In this document: positions 38,479-50,985 of the stretch, piece after piece | Layout: every line of letters starts with the position of its first letter | Position numbering within the stretch: the stretch's first letter is position 1 | Assembly (NCBI RefSeq): GCF_006345805.1 | Contig: NC_043020.1 | Location: 16,058,001 to 16,122,000, forward strand | From: Octopus sinensis | Taxonomy: Eukaryota | DNA: 64,000 nt | Direction: 5' to 3' | Position numbers and translations under genes: made by a program | Notes under the pieces: model-generated | Seen by the model: the letters and a program-made list of their open reading frames with translations, nothing else | Databases searched by the model: none | What the model was told of the DNA's origin: nothing

Positions 38479-39101
38479 AGCCTTAAAAAAGTTTTTTAGC
38501 TGCTATTTCTAATGAGTTCAGTATGCGGCAAAGTAATTTATTTTACTAAGCCCTTTTATATAATGTAATAATTTGAATTCGCCTTGAATGGTCCCTTTGC
38601 ATACTGAACACTTGGTGAAATTGATTAATAATTAATTAATTTTGCCCTCAATGTTGAAATTATAATTAATCTCCCTCTGATTAATGCTTCGGACTTTACC
38701 GAAATAAGCATAGAGTTTGATGATTTTAACCCACGCTGGTGGAAAGGGGAGAACAGAGATTCTTCGCTTGCTTATTTTGAATTTGTTGACACTGTTAGTT
38801 GGGAGCAGATCTTCGAGAGGGTATGTTCTTATTTTCAGTGTTTCCAAATCCAAACCAAGGAATTTCCGAGCCGATGATAGAAATGTTGTTTTGACTAATC
38901 TTGAAACGTACGTTCTCGAATAACCTTAGCATTTGATTTTTCGATGTCATTACCCCCAAACTTTTGTGAGTTAAATTATGCAAACACTATATATGAGAGA
39001 GATTTTCTTTAAGTATTAGAAATAGCCTTAAAAAAGTTTTTTAGCTGCTATTTCTAATGAGTTCAGTATGCGGCAAAGTAATTTATTTTACTAAGCCCTT
39101 T

Positions 39102-39109
<8 letters not shown>
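38479..39109 (+). mobile_element. 545-bp monomer plus 86-bp terminal redundancy, hammerhead-containing (retrozyme-like)
   Basis: 38479-38564 is identical to 39024-39109. Non-coding. Ends in (TA)n. Confidence 0.8.
38864..38920 (+). ncRNA. Type I hammerhead-like motif (CCGAUGA core, partly decayed)
   Basis: uuccgag CCGAUGA uaga...ucuu GAAA cguacg UU cucgaa. Palindromic ACGUACGU stem III. Confidence 0.6.
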
Positions 39110-39167
<58 letters not shown>

Positions 39168-39428
39168 AATATATATATATGTATGTATGACAGACATCGT
39201 TCACAGATTGCATCTCTCAAATTCTACTCAGTAGGTATTAAACAACCTGAGGAAATGGCAGAAAACACACCTGCCTGTGTTCTATTAACTATATAGACAT
39301 GTCTCTACTCTCTTAACCACACAGCCATGCCAGAGACACAACAGAATAGTTGGTAGTTAGGAAGTTGATGACGTGATTCAGCACTTTGACTTTTACAGCC
39401 GTTTGTGTATGGGTGTGTGTGTGTGTGT

Positions 39429-39461
<33 letters not shown>

Positions 39462-40424
39462 ATATGTGTTTGTGTGATTGCAAGTGTGTGTGTGTGTTTG
39501 TGTACCAAACCTCGCTGGAGACAGGAGCAGGCAAAAAAAGAAACTGTTAGATCTTCATTCTAATGCTTCTCCAAATAAACTATTGCAGCCAATAACTTGT
39601 GAAGCAAATTAATTTAAAATAATAATAATAATGATAATAACGATAATAATGATAATAAAAAAAATATGATGGTTATTTTGACTGGCAGGTAATAAATAGA
39701 TAGGAAAAAATATACACTATTTTAATCATCATAAGCAAAAGCAAAAACAAAAAATATTCATAAAAATATAATTGAAATAACAATAAAATAAAATCAATAA
39801 CAGAATAGAATTACATTAAAAACAAAAATGTTTTAATTTGTTTTATGTTTTTGTTTTTGTTTTTTTCTTTTTAATCAATATTTTCCCTTAAAATTTTTGA
39901 GTGAAGAAAGCCCAGAATAAAAATAAACGTCAACTTCTTGTCAATGTATTTTGATTTCTTTTAATATCGAAACTATAATTAAATCTGCAAGAATTGAAAT
40001 ATTTTCCATCAATTTAATCGAAATGAAAACTTTCTACTCGAAATGTTGAAATGAAACAAACTTCAGAGTTTTTATTGTAAAGTAAATGTGTGGAGTAATT
40101 TTCTATTAAGTGGTCGGGTGAACAAATGGAGATGATGTCGGGTCGAGAGAACACTGTAGTCTCATTACGATGACTTTTTGGCTTTGTTGAGAAGATCCTG
40201 TAGATGTGTTGAGGGCATGACAACCTCTCAAGTGCTGATGCTATGAGATGAAAAAAAAAAAAGCACTTGAAGGTGTTGGTGTCAGGAAGGCCATCCAGCT
40301 GTAGGAAGCATGCCAAATGTGGAACATATAACTAAGATGCGGTCTTTCGACCTGTCTAGAAGGGCAATAACTCTGAATGGGAAATGACTCAGATTCTGAT
40401 GACCTATCTGACCCAGCAGAAAGG

Positions 40425-40744
40425 AAATGATGATGCTGATGGTGGTGGCGGTGGTGGTGGCAGCGGCAGTGGCGGCGGCGATGGTGGTGGTGTTGGTGGT
40501 GGTGGTGGTGGTGATGATGATGATGATGATGGTTTTGGTGGTGATAATGATGGTGGTGGTGGTTGTGGTGGTGATGATGATGATGATGATGATGGTTTTG
40601 ATGGTGATGATGATAATGATGATGATGGTTTTGGTGGTGATGATGGTGATGATGTTGCTGATGATGATGGTGGTGATGATGATGATGATGATGATGGTGA
40701 TGGTGGTGGTGGTGATGATGATGATGATGATGCTAATGATGATG

Positions 40745-40807
<63 letters not shown>

Positions 40808-40818
40808 GTAATGATGAA
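40425..40818. repeat. (GAT)n/(GGT)n compound microsatellite (expanded tail of an RTE-like end at about 40100-40425)
   Basis: Direct reading. Upstream GTTGGTGTCAGGAAGGCCATCCAGCTGTAG motif. Confidence 0.9.
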
Positions 40819-41000
40819 GGCTAGACTGCATGATGCTGCGTATGAAGTGAGATGCTGCATGGCAGCAAAATACGGGCATTGAATGCAGATGATATATGAA
40901 AAGTAGAAAGAATGGATTTAGCATGCTTCACTGTTGTATAATGATGGTTTCAAATTTTGGCACTAAGCCAGCAGTTATAGGTGAGGAAGTAAGTTGATTA

Positions 41001-41384
41001 CCATATTTTAACATGTATAAGGAATCCCCTAATTTTGGAGATTTAAAATTTGGAAAAAAATGGTTTTGTAAGGGATTATAATACTAGGTATAAGAAACTC
41101 CCATATTTTTTAAACCTAATTTTTGACAAAAAAGGGTTCCTTATACACATTGACCCTTTCCTTACTGTATTTATTTTGAGATGCTCTGTGTTTCTCTCAA
41201 TTATTTTAAATATAACAAAGAATTTAGAAAAATAACTCAGTCATCATTAAGCTAGTGTTAGGAATATTAATTATGACTAAGCTTTGGTAGAAGATTTTAA
41301 TTCAAAACTTATGAAAACAAGACATTTGTACTGCAGAGACAGAGCCAGTTTCAGCCGGGTTGGTAACAAAGGGTTAAAATATGG
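41001..41384. mobile_element. pogo-type MITE (TA TSD) containing a piggyBac-type MITE (41154-41373), all within a SINE B
   Basis: TA-CCATATTTTAA...TTAAAATATGG-TA outer ends. Inner TTGA-CCCTTT...AAAGGG-TTAA. SINE B sequence resumes on both sides. Confidence 0.8.
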
Positions 41385-41569
41385 TACATCAACTCCGGTG
41401 CTCAGCTGGTACTTATTTTGTCAATCCTGCAAAGATGAAAAACAAAGTTGACCTTGGTGGAATTTGAATGCAGAACATTAAGTCAGAAGAAATGCTTCTA
41501 ACCATTTTGTTAGACACAATAACGATTCTGTTGGCTCGCCACCTTACTGTTGTGTCATGTTACTGGACA

Positions 41570-41800
41570 TGAATGACATATGAGTTGAGAGAAAGACTGG
41601 GTTTAAGAGGAATTAGACATTGTGTGCAAGAGAAAGGACTGTGCCGGTAGAGTTATATGAAGAATGATGGTTGGCTAAAGAATTAGTAAGTGAATCAAAT
41701 GGTAAATGGGAATCTGTGGAAGAGGAAGAATGAAAATGAAACAGAGAGAAGTGATGAAAGCAGAATTCAAGATGCTGAACCATATGAAAGGAGATAACAT
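41570..41800 (+). pseudogene. Decayed RTE LINE ORF C-terminal remnant
   Basis: Translates to ELRERLGLRGIRHCVQEKGL..., followed by a G..RGR-like segment typical of RTE C-termini. Confidence 0.5.
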
Positions 41801-42088
41801 CTCTTTCTTCACTCTTCTGACATTTTGGTGTGAGCAAAATTGATGTCACGTCTTCTTGATGTTTTTTATAATGTGTAAATTTTACAAACTCAATAATAAA
41901 TTCCACCTCAAGGAGGAGAAATACAGCACAGTTTTCAGATTCCTCACACCTTTGTGTCCTGATGTGTATGATGGCACCAAAAATTTGGAAACAAAAATAT
42001 AAAAGACAGTTTAAAGTGAAGCTTATGAGTGACACAAAGCTGACAGGTTGCAGTCACAACCACAAGAACAACAATACCAACATTAATA

Positions 42089-42149
<61 letters not shown>

Positions 42150-42217
42150 TAATAATGATAATAATAATGATAATAATAATGATAATAATAATGATAATAA
42201 TAATGATAATAATAATG

Positions 42218-42273
<56 letters not shown>

Positions 42274-42274
<1 letters not shown>

Positions 42275-42670
42275 GTCAAGACAAAGAGTGTGATTCGATT
42301 GTAAAATATTTTATTAGTTGAATGATATTTCAACAACAGTACGTCTGTCTTTGTCAAGTTCAAAATAAGAAGTGATAAAAATTTGTCTTCTTTTTTTCCT
42401 TTCTTTTTCTTTTTCGCCTGTTATAAAATTGTAATTTAGAAACTGATGATGTCATTCCATCAACGTGTGGACGCTGGTTGCTCTCGTTCATACTTTACGT
42501 TTAAATTTCTGTAATTTTGAATTTTTATCACTTCTTATTTTGAACTTGACAAAGACAGACGTGCAGTTGAAATATCGTTCAACTAAGAAAATAACTTACA
42601 ATTGAATCGCGCTCTTCGTCTTGACTGTTTACCTTTGTGAAGAGTTACATCAATCCTTTTTAAAATATAA
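42274..42670 (+). mobile_element. Penelope-like fragment with inverted end in (AAT)n
   Basis: Arms 42274-42383 and 42520-42626 are inverted, and each contains a hammerhead. Confidence 0.75.
42540..42582 (+). ncRNA. Minimal hammerhead ribozyme, U3-A8 variant, AUC site (decayed mirror copy 42318-42363 on minus)
   Basis: uugaac UUGACAA a gacag acgug caguu GAAA ua UC guucaa. 6-bp stem I. The mirror copy restores the gacag/cuguu stem II. Confidence 0.75.
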
Positions 42671-42693
42671 CAACAACAACAACAATAATAATA

Positions 42694-42737
<44 letters not shown>

Positions 42738-42861
42738 TAATAATAGTAATAGTAATAATAATAGCAAAAGGAAAAAGAAGAGTGCCATTGTTATCAAGTG
42801 AATAATATTTCAACATCTAGTGTGCCTTCCACAGGTCTTAATAATGATCTTAATAATGATC

Positions 42862-42905
<44 letters not shown>

Positions 42906-43640
42906 TGGTGTATTGGGAACAGTAAGCAAAGATATAGACAAATGGCTGAAGGAGATTGGAAAAGAATGCTCAGTAGAACTCCTACAGAAAATTTCTCTCT
43001 TAAAGACAGCAAGGATTATCAGGAGAGTTCTATGTACTTGTAAGACAGCTGAAAACTTGTAGATACCTATTTCTTTATTGCCCACAAGGGGCTACACACA
43101 GAGGGGACAAACAAGGACAGATAAACAGATTATGTCGATTACATCGACCCCAGTGCGTAACTGGTACTTAATTTATCGACCCCAAAAGGATGAAAGGCAA
43201 AGTCGACCCGGCAGAATTTGAACTGAGAACGTAACGGCAGAAGAAATACCGCTATGCATTTCACCCGGCGTGCTAACGGTTCTGCCAGCTCACCGCCTTA
43301 TAAACTTGTAGATACCTAAGGCTATAAGTAGTAGCAAGCTACCCACATAAATTCTACCAGGAATGAGACCAAACCTGAGCCAAACCAAAATAATAGCACA
43401 AGGCCAACAAGTTTGAGGGAGGGGTAAGTTGAGTACATTAAACCCAGTGCTCAACTGGTGCTTATTTTATCAGGCCCTAAAAGAGGAAAGGCAAAGTTGA
43501 GCTTAGCACAATTTTGAACTCAGAACATAAGACAGATAAAATTCTGGCAAACATTTTGCCTGGCATGCTAATAATTCTACCTGTTCACTGCCTTAATAAT
43601 AATAACAGTAAAATTAACAACAACAACAACAATAATAATA

Positions 43641-43676
<36 letters not shown>

Positions 43677-44612
43677 TAATAATAATAATATAGTAATAGT
43701 AATAATAATAGCAAAAGGAAAAAGAAGAGTGCCATTGTTATCAAGTGAATAATATTTCAACATCTAGTGTGCCTTCCACAGGTCTTAATAATGATCTTAA
43801 TAATGATCTTAATAATAATAATAATAATAATAATATAATAATAATAATAATGATAATAATAATAATAAAATAATAATAATAATAATTGGTGTATTGGGAA
43901 CAGTAAGCAAAGATATAGACAAATGGCTGAAGGAGATTGGAAAAGAATGCTCAGTAGAACTCCTACAGAAAATTTCTCTCTTAAAGACAGCAAGGATTAT
44001 CAGGAGAGTTCTATGTACTTGTAAGACAGCTGAAAACTTGTAGATACCTATTTCTTTATTGCCCACAAGGGGCTACACAGAGGGGACAAACAAGGACAGA
44101 TAAACAGATTATGTCGATTACATCGACCCCAGTGCGTAACTGGTACTTAATTTATCGACCCCAAAAGGATGAAAGGCAAAGTCGACCCGGCAGAATTTGA
44201 ACTGAGAACGTAACGGCAGAAGAAATACCGCTATGCATTTCACCCGGCGTGCTAACGGTTCTGCCAGCTCGCCGCCTTATAAACTTGTAGATACCTAAGG
44301 CTATAAGTAGTAGCAAGCTACCCACATAAATTCTACCAGGAATGAGACCAAACCTGAGCCAAACCAAAATAATAGCACAAGGCCAACAAGTTTGAGGGAG
44401 GGGTAAGTTGAGTACATTAAACCCAGTGCTCAACTGGTGCTTATTTTATCAGGCCCTAAAAGAGGAAAGGCAAAGTTGAGCTTAGCACAATTTTGAACTC
44501 AGAACATAAAGACAGATAAAATTCTGGCAAACATTTTGCCTGGCATGCTAATAATTCTACCTGTTCACTGCCTTAATAATAATAACAGTAAAATTAACAA
44601 CAACAACAACAA
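42671..44612. repeat. Near-identical about 980-bp tandem duplication with microsatellite breakpoints
   Basis: Anchors 42907/43888 and 43601/44581. Each unit holds a Dong/R4 3' fragment and two SINE B pieces. Confidence 0.95.
42904..43065 (+). mobile_element. 3' end of a second R4/Dong-type LINE family (copies at about 43885 and 50037)
   Basis: IIIGVLGTVSKDIDKWLKEIGKECSVELLQKISLLKTARIIRRVL is a restriction-like endonuclease C-terminus. Always follows (AAT)n. Confidence 0.8.
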
Positions 44613-44723
44613 CAACAATTGAAGAGATCACCCAAGCACTGCAAAAACTAACAAGACAAAAACTGTTTTCATTTTTTAAGGAAGCTGACAATAGTAATAA
44701 TTATGATGATAATAATAATAATG

Positions 44724-44763
<40 letters not shown>

Positions 44764-44873
44764 TAATAATGATGATGATGATGATGATGAATGATGATGA
44801 TGACGATGACGATGACGACGACGACGACGACGACGACGACACGAGGACGACGACAATAATAATAATAATATAA

Positions 44874-44907
<34 letters not shown>

Positions 44908-44914
44908 GATAATA

Positions 44915-44975
<61 letters not shown>

Positions 44976-45027
44976 CGATGATGATGACGACGACGACGAC
45001 GACGACGACGACAACGAGGACGACGAC

Positions 45028-45117
<90 letters not shown>

Positions 45118-45118
<1 letters not shown>

Positions 45119-45463
45119 GCAAGAGCCCTCAGAGAGTGCAAACCTCTGCCAAGGCAACACCAAAGTCCTCTCTACGATTAGCTGGAGAGGAATCTTAAAA
45201 TGAGAATATCTGAAATAAGCTTGACTGCTCTCACAAACGAGAATACTAAAAATGAAATTGACTGCTCTCAAAAATTAAGCTAAAAAAATAAAAAATCCAG
45301 AATCCTTGTCTGGTACCGGATCAGTCCCGGAATCCAATCAGTTTGTCCCATTCGCAAGGCCTAACATCCCTGAAAGTTTCATTTGAATCCATCCACCAGT
45401 TCTTGACAAACAAACAAACACGACTGAAAACAATACCTCTGCCATTGCTAAGGCAGAGGTAAT
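45118..45463 (-). mobile_element. Helentron/DINE-1-like non-autonomous element
   Basis: 5' TTATTACCTCTGCC...GGCAGAGGT palindrome, GTTT microsatellite, 3' subterminal TTGGCAGAGGTTTGCACTCTCTGAGGGCTCTT hairpin. Confidence 0.7.
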
Positions 45464-45476
45464 AATGATGATAATA

Positions 45477-48400
45477 AATGACCTGATGCAATATCAGGCA
45501 GTGGCTCTCATGGCTTCTGATCATAACTGATTGGAAGAATTAACATGTACATTTTTTTTGTCGTGGTATAAAAGATGGGCTACAGTAAATATTCTGCTCA
45601 TTACCACAGATTTGCTTGTCATTTTCTTGGCCTTAACCTGTTGAGCATGTCCCTTAGTGGCTGACGATATGTACATCTCTGATCATGAGCAAGTGTGGGA
45701 GTATTATAGCCATGTGTTGAGAAGAATTCTTTGGGGTTGTTAGCACGCCAGGTGAAATACTTAGCGGTATTTTGTCTGCCGTTACATTCTGAGCTCAAGT
45801 TCTGCTGAGGTTGACTTTGCCTTTCATCCTTTCAGGGTTGATAAATTAAGTACCAGTTACGCACTTGGGTCGATCTAATCGACTTAATCCCTTTGTCTGT
45901 TCTTATTTGCCCCCTCTATGTTTAGCCCCTTGTGGGCAATAAAGAAATTAAAAAAATTTACCTCTGGAAACTTGTGTTTTGTTCAACATCTTTAAACAAC
46001 CCTTATTCAGGGACCTTTTGAGTATAATCTCTGGAAGAAAAATAACTTAGATAAAGATAACTTAGATTTGGATACAGTAATGAACCCTAATAAACTAGCT
46101 AACATACAGAGATTTATTCTCAAACCTAAAAAAAAATTATCAGAAATAGAAATAGAACACTTAAAAGGAAAAATACATCAGGAAAACATAGATAGTAACC
46201 ACACAGCAATGCCAAAGAATATCAAAAGCACAGGGATTGTAAAATACGAAGACAGAAGTAACATGTCCAACAAAAACGAAGTAAATAATGAAAGACAACA
46301 AACTCAGACCATAGGAATGTATAATGATGAACAAAATGAACCAAACCAGAATACCACAGACAAAAATATGAATGGGAGGGAATACGAAATAAATCTAAAA
46401 CCTGGAAACAGAGAAGGTGAAACTAATGATTATGATACTCCAAAAGTGAGCATAATCAAAGCTATAGATCTCAGTATGGATCACAGATTGTACCTCCCAA
46501 AAATTAAAATTGATAATAAAACAACATTAATAATAAATAACATGAATCTGGTCACCACTGAACTAATGACCACAGAACCAAATGTCAATATGACCAGGTT
46601 AAATGATATAATATATGCAGCAGCCATTGTGGCCACAAAAGAAGTAGGAGACCCACCAAAACCCATCCAGGCAGGAGTATCATCACCCAAACAAACCCCG
46701 TGGATAAATAATAACCAGAAGAAAAATAGAAAATAAGGGAAAGGATCTGTCAATCTTTAATGAAACTAGTAGACATTCAACACTACTAAGTTACAAAAAG
46801 GAAAGAAAAATACTATGTAAATACAAAATCACAGAGTAAAGTATATCTGAAGTAGAAGAATAGCTAAAGCAAGATATCCTCACCAAAGCACAAAGAATCG
46901 GCCGGTATGAGAAACGTCAACATTTCTTTGAAAACAAACAGTTCAACTCCAACCCCAAAAGATTCTACCAAGAACTTAGCAAAACTAAAATAGAGATCAA
47001 TGCAGCATCAACAGCAGAAGAAGTGGAAGAATTTTGGAAAGAAATATGGTCAGTGAAGGAACAACCTCAGGAAAGATCTATCAAAACAATAAACACAGCA
47101 TCTGAACAACTCTGGACCCCTATAACAATTGAAGAAATCACCCAAGCACTGCAAAAACTAAGCAACTGGAAGGTACCCGGGCATGACAAGATCCCCCACT
47201 TCTGGTTAAAATATCTAACAGGAACACATAAAACGCTGGCTGAAAAATTTAATGAAATGCTAGCAGAGCCTGAGGCAGTGCCTGGATGGCTCACAGAAAG
47301 GAAAACTATCCTAATTCCCAATCTACTGAAATGGCAAACTCACAAAATTGCAAACCATTAACTTGTCTCCCTATAATTTACAAAGCCTTTACTGCAATAA
47401 TATTGCAGAGAATGGGCAAACATCTGGAAGAAAGCAACCTGTTTCCAGAAGAGCAGAAGGGATGCTGCAAGGGTTCATACAGCTGTAAAGATCAGCTACT
47501 GATCAATAAAGCCATAACTGAAGACAACTGCTGAAAGAAGAAGGGTCTTAGTATGACTTGGATCGATTACCAAAAGGCTTTTGATAGTATTCCCCACACA
47601 TGGACCCTAGAAACACTAGCCATGAACAAGGCAGCACCAATAATCATAGAATATATAAAACATTCCATGAATAAATGGCAGACAATGCTACAGCTCCAGA
47701 TAAAAGCCATCCCCACTAGAAGAAGAATATTCCATGGAGACACGCCCTCTCCACACCTTTTCTGCTTGGCACTCACACCTTTATCTGACATGCTAAACAA
47801 CTGAATGTGTATATAAGTGTTATGGTAAAACAATCACCGATCTCTTGTATATGGATGATCTAAAACTGTATGCTACAAATGATAAACAGCTGGAAACATT
47901 ACTACAGACAGTACATGGATTTACTGAAGAAATGAAGAAATAAACATGAAATTTGGCTTAGAAAAATGTGCCAAAGCAACCTTGAAAAAGGGAAAACTAG
48001 TTAAAGTTGCAACATCACACTAGATAAAGCAAATGGAATAAGAGAATTAGATCAAAGCAAGACATACAAATACTTAGGAATCAATGAATATGATACAACA
48101 TACACAAATGAAAGAGAAGATAAAAAAAAGAATACTATATATGAGTTAGATTAATAGTGAAAACAGAGCTCAATGTGAAAAACAAGATAATAGGTATCAA
48201 CACTCCAGCCATCCCAATTATAAGTTGCAGCTGTAATATTCTTAACTGGACTCTAAATGAACTAATCAAAATAGACAGGTAAACAAGAAAAATAATGACA
48301 GGATTCAGGATACACCACCAAAAATCTGACATAGAAAGGTATGGAAGGTGGTAGAGGCATTATACAGCTAGAAAACTATTACAAAATAACCACCATACAA

Positions 48401-49360
48401 AACTAATACAAACAGCTACAAAGCATGAACAAGACAAACTGTTTTCAGTTTTTAAGGAACCTGACAAATACAAAAGAGAACTCATAGTACCTAACAACTA
48501 TGAAGAAAAAGAAGAAACAACAGAAGCTGTAAAACAACTGAAATCCAAACTAAAACTGGAACAGCAATAGACAAAGCAAAATCCCAACAATGGCCAAGAA
48601 GCTCAGGACTCAAAGCAGAGACTGAAGGATTTTTAATTTGCAGCCTTCCCACAAGAAATTACCAAAAAAACATGTTATGAAAAGAAATACATGTAATTTC
48701 AGAATATGTGGTGATGGAGAAGAAAAAAATAATCATATTGTCTTTGGCTGCCCAGTCCTGGCTAAGAAGGAATATATTCACTGATACGACAGAGTTGGGA
48801 CCTATATAAACTGGAAGCTATGCCAACACTATGGAATAACAACAGAAAAAAGATGGTATAGGCACATGCCAGAAGAGGTCACAGAAAATAAGAAAGCAAC
48901 CATACTCTGGGATATGGTAATACACACAGACAGAGAAATTAAGGCCAATAGGCTGGATATAATTGTCAGAGATCACCAACAAAAAAATGCTTTCTAATCA
49001 ATGTATCAATACCAACAGATGACAATATTTCTCTAAAATGGAGAAACTTTCAAAATACAAAGATCTGGAAATAGAGGTAACTTGTAAGTGAAGTCTAAAA
49101 ACAGTAACAATTCCTATCATAGTAGGTGCATTAGGTATGATAAAAAATATTCAGACAAATACGAAACCAAAACACCAGGACTTACAAGTATATATAATAT
49201 ATAGAAAATAGCACTACTAGGCACTACACACATCTTATGTAAAACACTTTCTATACAGTGAAAATAAGAGCATTACAACAAACCACAGTACATATCCAAG
49301 GCACACAGAGCTGCACTCGGTTGTGCAGTGAAAGCCCGTGATAAAAGTATGACTACTGAA
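45477..49360 (+). mobile_element. Decayed near-full-length R4/Dong-clade non-LTR retrotransposon (RT plus CCHC plus RLE)
   Basis: NWKVPGHDKI, EQKGC...CKDQLLI, WIDYQKAFDSIPH, IFHGDTPSP.LF, LLYMDDLKLY (about 47840-47872), YKYLGI, RICG..HIV.GC, ILWD..IHTDREIKANRLDI, IPIIVGALG. Many stops and frameshifts. (TAA)n tail. SINE B inserted at 45739-45955. Confidence 0.93.
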
Positions 49361-49380
49361 TAATAATAATAATAATAATA

Positions 49381-49460
<80 letters not shown>

Positions 49461-49463
<3 letters not shown>

Positions 49464-50015
49464 GCCCTGATGCAGTACCAGACAGTGACTCTTATGGCTT
49501 CTGATCTTAACTGATTAGAAGTGTTATCATGTACATTGTTTTGTCTTGGTATAAAAGATGGGCTACAGCAAATATTCTGCTCAGTACCACAGGTCTGCTT
49601 GTCAGTTGTTTGACCTTAACCAGATGAGCATGTCTCTTAGAGGCTGACGATATGTGCATCTCTGACCACAAGCAGAAGTAGTGGGGAGCATCATAGCCGT
49701 GCATTGAAAGATATTCTTGGAGGTTTGGATAAGTCACCTTTGGAAACATGGGTGGTTCATTCAACATCCTTAAACAATCCTTATTCAGGGACCTTTTGAG
49801 CGGGATGGGCTACTCAACCAGAAGAAAATTCTAACTGGGCCCCACCTGCAAGGTCATGTGCTGTTTATCTTCATATGAGCTCACCATGTCGCACACATAT
49901 GGTTGTGATGCATGTGTCTGTGTACCCTTATCAGACGGGTAGTCATGATGGGTATACTGGGCTTCGTATATTTTACTCCAGTGTTGCTTTGATGGCATGC
50001 ACTGCTCTCTCACTC
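49461..50015 (+). mobile_element. 555-bp non-coding element in (TAA)n, probably Dong-mobilised
   Basis: (AAT)n on both sides. The first about 340 bp match 45477-46022 and the 3' part matches 24950-25316. Confidence 0.8.
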
Positions 50016-50399
50016 AATAATAATAATAATTATTATTAGTGTGTTGGGAACAGTAGCAAAGATATAGCCAAATGGCTGAAGGAGATTGGAACAGAATGCC
50101 CAATAGAGCTCCTACAGAACATTTGTCTCTTAAAGACAGCAAGGATTATCAGGAGGGTTCTATGTACTTGTAAGATTGCTGAAAACTTGAAATTTTGGGA
50201 AAAGGCTTATCAATTGCTTTAATCCCGGTTCCCAGCTGATACTTACTTTAATCACCCCAAAAGAATGAAAGACAAAATTTACCTCAGTGGAATTTGAACT
50301 CGGAATGTAAAAGAGCTGAGAAAAATGCCACTAAGCTTTTTGTCTGACGTGCTAACAATTCCACCAGCTTGTCACAATGTTGATGACGATGATCACAAT

Positions 50400-50541
50400 G
50401 ATGGTGGGAGCTGCTGATGCTGAGGCACTGGCAGTGGCAAAAACGACAAGAATGACAATAGCGATGATGAGGATGAGGAAGATGATGATGACGACGACAA
50501 TGACGACAACAATAATGAGGGTCGTGGTGATGATGATGGGG

Positions 50542-50574
<33 letters not shown>

Positions 50575-50886
50575 ATGATGATGATGATGAGGAAGAGGAG
50601 GAGGAGGAGGAGGAGGAGGACGATGATGATGATGATGATGATGATGATGACGATGACAACGATGATGATGATGATGATGATGACAATGATGATGACAATG
50701 ATGATGACAATGATGATGATGGTGATGATAATGATGATGACTATAATGATGATGATGATGATGATGATGATGACGATGACAACGATGATGATGATGATGA
50801 TGATGATGATGACAATCACAATGGTGATGATGATGACAATGATGATGACAATGATGATGATGGTGACGATGATGATGATAACAACA

Positions 50887-50918
<32 letters not shown>

Positions 50919-50985
50919 GACGACAATGATGATGATGATGATGATCATGATCATGATGATATTGGTGGTGGTGATGATGATGATT
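50400..50985. repeat. (GAT)n-rich compound microsatellite
   Basis: Direct reading. Source of the poly-His/Ile/Met ORFs. Confidence 0.95.

Noticed and set aside
46068-47804. ORFs 46068-46736, 47023-47361, 47286-47534 and 47553-47804 as functional genes
   Set aside because: They are consecutive frameshifted fragments of one dead Dong/R4 ORF.
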